Assembly: GCA_018714045.1 (NCBI GenBank)
Contig: DVNX01000036.1
Span: forward strand, 1-60,968
From: Candidatus Ornithoclostridium faecavium
GTDB taxonomy: Bacteria > Bacillota > Clostridia > Christensenellales > UBA3700
Direction of reading: 5' to 3'
Length of the DNA: 60,968 nt
Shown here: one piece after another, positions 57,129 to 60,968 of the stretch
How positions within the stretch are numbered: the first letter of the stretch is position 1
Layout: every line of letters begins with the position of its first letter
The notes under the pieces: model-generated
Seen by the model: the letters and a program-made list of their open reading frames with translations, nothing else
The model's database searches: none
What the model was told of the DNA's origin: nothing
Program-made: the position numbers and the translations under genes

Positions 57129-57354
57129 CGAAAATCTGTTTCTGCCGTTTAAGCTATTTGATTTAAATTGAATAACATGATATACTATTATAAATATTTG
57201 ACAAGTGGTCAAAATGTAAAAAAATAGTTACATGTGTATTATGCATATGTTAGCATATTATATTGACAATATGCTTTAGTTGAAATACGGCAATTAAAGC
57301 TTATATCGTGCGTTATATTAATGCGTGTGAGATGTTTTTACAGAGGATAAAATC

Positions 57355-60141
57355 ATGAGAAGGGGATTGTTTATCGCGTCAGTCGCGTTATGCGTACTGG
57401 CTTTAACGGCTTGTTTCTTTTCAGCTTGCGTTTCAGATAATCCGGATACAAACAATTCAGATTACAAAGTTACTTTTATAGCGGACGGAAAGGTAGTTTC
57501 TGTTCAGAACTGTTCTGACGGAGATAAGGTCGAAGAGCCTGCTGTTCCGGAGAAAACAGGATATACGGGGAGCTGGCAGGAATATGAGACTGACGGCGGA
57601 GACAAGATCGTATATGCGGTATACGTGCCTGTCGAATACGTGGCGACTTTCGTTGCGGACGGAGTGACGGTCGGAGCGCTGACTTTTACCGTAGAAGACG
57701 ATGAATTGCAGGAGCCTGAGGTACCGAAAAAGGACGGCTACGTAGCTGAATGGGAAGAATATACGCTCGGAGCGTCGGATATTACCGTAAACGCGGTATA
57801 TATTACGGGCGAGTATACCGTTACGTTTATTGCCGACGGTAACGTTGTCGCAAAGGTGCCGTATAAGACGGGGGACGAAAGTATTGATGAACCTGAAGTG
57901 CCAAGGAAGCCCGATTATGTCGGTAAATGGGAGGACTACGTTCTGAGCGGGAACGTCACTGTCAACGCGGATTATGAGTTCGCGCTCGGGTTCAGACTTT
58001 CTGCGGACGGAAATTCCTGTGAGGTCTGTGCGTGCGCCGAAGGCGTGAGCGAGGTGAATATTCCCGAAAAACACCAAGGACTTGCCGTTACGGCGATTGC
58101 AGACGAGGCGTTCAAAGACCGTTTGTCGCTTGAAAAAGTTACATTGCCCGATACCGTGGAGCACATAGGCAGCAACGCTTTTGAAGGGTGTACCGCTCTG
58201 AGAACGGTAAATATCCCGGAAAGCGTAAGGTCGCTGGGAGTCAGAGCGTTTTACGGTTGCGCGTCGCTTGAAGAGGTTGTTCTCGGCGACGTTTTTTATT
58301 TGGGAGACGAGGCTTTTTCGCAATGTACGGCGCTTAAAACCGTAACGTTCGGAGAAAATCTTAATGCCGTAGGCAATTACGCTTTTTCAAACTGTCAAAA
58401 ACTTTGTGAAATTTTATTGCCCGATAAAACGACGACAATAGGTCAAGGCGCTTTTTACGGCTGCAGATCGCTTGAACGCGTAAACATACCGTTGTCCGTA
58501 AAAACGATATCTGAAAAGACTTTCGAAGGGTGCAAGTCTCTTATTTCTGTTTCGATACCGCACGACGTGGCGGAGATCGGAGCGCGGGCGTTCTACGGCT
58601 GCTCGGCTATGACGGAATTGTCGATATGCGGAAGCGTTTCCGACTGGGGCGAATATGCGTTTGCGGAATGCGTCGGACTTGAGAGAATATATTTCGCTTC
58701 ACCTCTTGCGAATGTGGAAATCGCAGGCGACGCCCGTGTTTTTTACGGCGCAGGGGCGGACGGAGACGGCATAACGCTGACGATAGCAGAAAACGGAGAA
58801 CTTCCGTCAAATCTCTTTGAGGTATATGCGGGAGAAAAAACCGCAAAGGTCACGGCGGTAATTTTCGAACAAGGCAAAACCGTTCTGAGCGATGCGTCAA
58901 ACGAATTTCCGTTTCTCGAGGAAGCGACTGTGCCAGAGAGCGTTGCTAAGATATGTAAAGGCGCGATGAAAGGATATCTTTCCGCTGCTGTGACCGTAAA
59001 CGGAGTGTTTTATCTGGACGGCTGGGCGGTTGCTTGCGACGGGCTTTGCGGAGAACTCTCGTTGCCCGACGGGACGAGAGGTATAGCCGACGGTGCGTTT
59101 GAGCGTCTTACAAATTTAACGAGCGTGTATATTCCCGCGAGCGTAGCTGTAATCGGCGCAGATGCTTTTGCCGCATGCGTCGGGATCACGGATATAAGTT
59201 TGTACGGCGAGGACACTGCGGTTGGCGCAGGAGCCTTTCGGGACTGCGTAGCTCTCGAATTCGTATTCTGGAACGTTGCGTCTAAGAGCGATCTCGGGCG
59301 TGATGACGGTATATTTCTAAACTCGGGATCTGAAAGCGGCGGTATGACCGTCGGGTTTGGCGACGACGTGGAAAGTATACCTTCATACATATTTTGTGAC
59401 AATCCCTTTCTCGAAAGCGTTGTAATGTCGGATAATGTAACGGAGATATCGCAATCTGCTTTCGAAGGATGTGCGGGGCTGACGACGCTGTATCTGAGCG
59501 AAGCGCTGCTCGAGATCGGGAAAAATGCGTTTGACGGCTGTCCTGTTGTCAGCGCAATACTGCCTGTCGCGGCGATAGAGCATGTAGACGTCACGTTTCT
59601 TGAGGAGGTCGCAGTTGTCGGAAGCGGAAAAATCAATGATGAAACGTTTTCGGAATGCAGGTCTCTCATCACCGTCGTTATGGACGGGATATCCTCTGTA
59701 GGAACAAACGCGTTTTACGGGTGCGAAAACCTGGCGGCGGTTTCGGCGCGCAATCTTATTGAAATCGGAGAGGGAGCGTTTTACGGGTGCGTAAAAATAA
59801 GTCGGGTCATCGCGCCTTCGTGCGTCTATGGGCATATACCGTCAAGAGAGCTGAAAGAGATAGAGATTTGCGGGGGCAATAAAATATACGACGGACAATT
59901 TTCGAATTATTATAATTTGTCTTACGTAATTATTTCTGACGGCATTACCGAAATAGGAGCGAATGCGTTTTACGGTTGTTCGTCCCTGCGTGAGGTTTTA
60001 TTCGAAGACAATGAAGGGTGGGCTGTTTTTAATTACGAAGGTTCGGTGTCCTACGTAGCGTCGGAAGAACTGTCAGACGAAGCGCATGCGGCTGAATTGC
60101 TTACGGGCGCATATTGCGGTATGAGCTGGATAAAGGGCTAA
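57355..60141 (+). CDS. Surface lipoprotein with three Listeria-Bacteroides (Flg_new-type) repeats followed by many BspA-type leucine-rich repeats
   Basis: Lipobox ALTAC. Three repeats of about 57 aa (Y.VTFIADG..EPEVP.K.GY.G.WE.Y) across about 57463-57975. Then recurrent IP.SV..IG..AF.GC..L units. Confidence 0.85.
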   Translation: MRRGLFIASVALCVLALTACFFSACVSDNPDTNNSDYKVTFIADGKVVSVQNCSDGDKVEEPAVPEKTGYTGSWQEYETDGGDKIVYAVYVPVEYVATFVADGVTVGALTFTVEDDELQEPEVPKKDGYVAEWEEYTLGASDITVNAVYITGEYTVTFIADGNVVAKVPYKTGDESIDEPEVPRKPDYVGKWEDYVLSGNVTVNADYEFALGFRLSADGNSCEVCACAEGVSEVNIPEKHQGLAVTAIADEAFKDRLSLEKVTLPDTVEHIGSNAFEGCTALRTVNIPESVRSLGVRAFYGCASLEEVVLGDVFYLGDEAFSQCTALKTVTFGENLNAVGNYAFSNCQKLCEILLPDKTTTIGQGAFYGCRSLERVNIPLSVKTISEKTFEGCKSLISVSIPHDVAEIGARAFYGCSAMTELSICGSVSDWGEYAFAECVGLERIYFASPLANVEIAGDARVFYGAGADGDGITLTIAENGELPSNLFEVYAGEKTAKVTAVIFEQGKTVLSDASNEFPFLEEATVPESVAKICKGAMKGYLSAAVTVNGVFYLDGWAVACDGLCGELSLPDGTRGIADGAFERLTNLTSVYIPASVAVIGADAFAACVGITDISLYGEDTAVGAGAFRDCVALEFVFWNVASKSDLGRDDGIFLNSGSESGGMTVGFGDDVESIPSYIFCDNPFLESVVMSDNVTEISQSAFEGCAGLTTLYLSEALLEIGKNAFDGCPVVSAILPVAAIEHVDVTFLEEVAVVGSGKINDETFSECRSLITVVMDGISSVGTNAFYGCENLAAVSARNLIEIGEGAFYGCVKISRVIAPSCVYGHIPSRELKEIEICGGNKIYDGQFSNYYNLSYVIISDGITEIGANAFYGCSSLREVLFEDNEGWAVFNYEGSVSYVASEELSDEAHAAELLTGAYCGMSWIKG

Positions 60142-60407
60142 TAGTTATCGGTCGGGAGAAAGGAAGGGCTGTACAAATTGACGCTGCTTACGGCGAGGCT
60201 CGGATACAGATGCAGACCGTAGTTGATTGAGATTAAACCGCTCCCGCGATTTCGCTTTAGACGGGATTTTGTTTTTTTGAGTCTCCGTAACTTGTTTTTT
60301 GTCGATTTGAGCTAAACGTTGTTAGTGCTTGAAAGAATGCAATTTTTTTGCAAAAATCCGACGACGTTTTGAGGTTTATCGAGGCGTATAATTGTAGTAT
60401 TAATTAG

Positions 60408-60432
60408 TATTATTAATGTCGCAAGGGTTATA
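60408..60432 (+). repeat. 25-nt motif, copy A (TATTATTAATGTCGCAAGGGTTATA)
   Basis: Matches copy B at 23 of 25 positions, in the same orientation, 146 bp apart. Confidence 0.85.
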
Positions 60433-60553
60433 TCTTGATAATCGGGTCGGTTTTTTGCACTTTTAACAGATGACTCGTCGTGCGTCTCTGGAGGACGGCG
60501 CGTTTCAGCGCGTCTGAGCGTCGTTTGCCTTGCTGAATTTAAGTAATATCAAT

Positions 60554-60578
60554 TATTATCAATGTCGCACGGGTTATA
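60554..60578 (+). repeat. 25-nt motif, copy B (TATTATCAATGTCGCACGGGTTATA)
   Basis: See copy A. A weaker third relative, TTATAAAGTCGCG, lies near 60770-60782. Confidence 0.85.
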
Positions 60579-60897
60579 AAAGCAAAAATATGAAGAAAAC
60601 AATGCCTGTTTGACTAAACTTTTATTTGATTGAAAACAAGCATGCCGTATCGCTGACGATCGAGTTCTTTCATCTTGAAATACGTTCGGGTTTTCTAGGC
60701 CGAAACCGTTTGGACGGACGTGTACAAGACGGGAGCGAAACGCGATTCAAGCGCTTGTGAATTAACGAATTATAAAGTCGCGTGTCAGAGAAAAAGTACG
60801 AGTAAAGGTTTTGAACTGAGGCTTATCATACCAGACCAGAATAATACGAACAAGGTTTAAAGCGGCAAATTTACGTAGCTACTGTGTTAAATGCCTT

Positions 60898-60968
60898 GTC
60901 CCCGTGTGACGGGGGCATTAGTCGGCTGTCGCCCGCGTGGCGGTAGCATTGATCGGCTGTCGCGGGTT
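60898..60968 (+). repeat. Tandem 30-31-nt units, each a GC-rich hairpin plus the conserved linker GCATTnnTCGGCT; truncated by the window end
   Basis: Unit 1 GTCCCCGTGTGACGGGGGCATTAGTCGGCT, unit 2 GTCGCCCGCGTGGCGGTAGCATTGATCGGCT, unit 3 GTCGCGGGTT... The stems differ in sequence but stay base-paired. Confidence 0.7.

Noticed and set aside
56693-57212. Two minus-strand ORFs (69 and 86 aa) sharing the peptide CKERSDGIASLRASLFSATKR(S/N)YEPAAV
   Set aside because: The shared peptide is simply the translation of the 88-bp DNA repeat. There is no SD, the flanks are unrelated, and the region is better described as a non-coding repeat next to ssrA.
56648-60141. Prophage or integrative island inserted at ssrA
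   Set aside because: No integrase, recombinase, phage or conjugation gene is present. The copies of the ssrA 3' end are inverted rather than direct, and I found no direct copy of the ssrA 3' end downstream of ssrA, scanning by eye. Only a weak islet hypothesis is retained.
60898-60968. Possible start of a CRISPR array
   Set aside because: The units abut each other with no spacers. The hairpin part varies between units while the linker is conserved, which is the opposite of CRISPR repeat/spacer logic. Only about 2.3 units are visible and there are no cas genes in the window.
60891-60968. Open reading frame MPCPRVTGALVGCRPRGGSIDRLSRV.. running off the window
   Set aside because: It has no Shine-Dalgarno, and the underlying repeat units are 30 and 31 nt, so not consistently in frame. 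The pattern of stem covariation fits structure rather than coding. It cannot be fully excluded without the downstream sequence.

Overview
About 61 kb of chromosome from a spore-forming Firmicute. The Clostridia-like call rests on spoIIE, a gerA-type germinant receptor operon, AGGAGG-type Shine-Dalgarno sites, sigma-A-like TTGACA/TATAAT promoters and a standard one-piece tmRNA. Most of the window is core or accessory metabolism in compact operons. Left to right: (1) an acidic hypothetical protein and a fused MacB-type ABC exporter. (2) A nitrogen block holding type III glutamine synthetase, a very short AlaRS, asnA-purF on the opposite strand, and carA plus a carB ORF that continues in frame into a complete dapF domain. 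(3) A macro-domain protein. (4) A minus-strand sialic acid operon: signal-less GH33 sialidase, nanE, nanK, nanA and a GPH-family transporter. (5) A small membrane protein and a GH30 lipoprotein. (6) An Opp/Dpp-type ABC importer in which every component is oversized, including about 390 aa and about 120 aa insertions inside the two ATPases. (7) DUF3899, tldD and pmbA. (8) A complete iolJCBDEAG myo-inositol operon. (9) A divergent pair: a beta-helix protein and a membrane-anchored metallophosphoesterase/beta-propeller protein. (10) spoIIE and gerA/B/C. (11) ssrA (tmRNA), followed by an unusual repeat cluster carrying inverted copies of the ssrA 3' end. (12) A BspA-like LRR lipoprotein. (13) An 827-bp region with no ORF in the supplied (>=60 aa) track, with repeated motifs and tandem GC-rich hairpins that run off the window edge. 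I found no CRISPR array, transposase, integrase, rRNA or tRNA gene, and no recognisable defence system. The items most worth follow-up are the CarB-DapF fusion, the ATPase insertions, the ssrA-flanking repeats, the terminal non-coding region, the minimal AlaRS and a small AT-rich islet. Many very long ORFs in the track are codon-aligned antisense shadows of real genes and were rejected.
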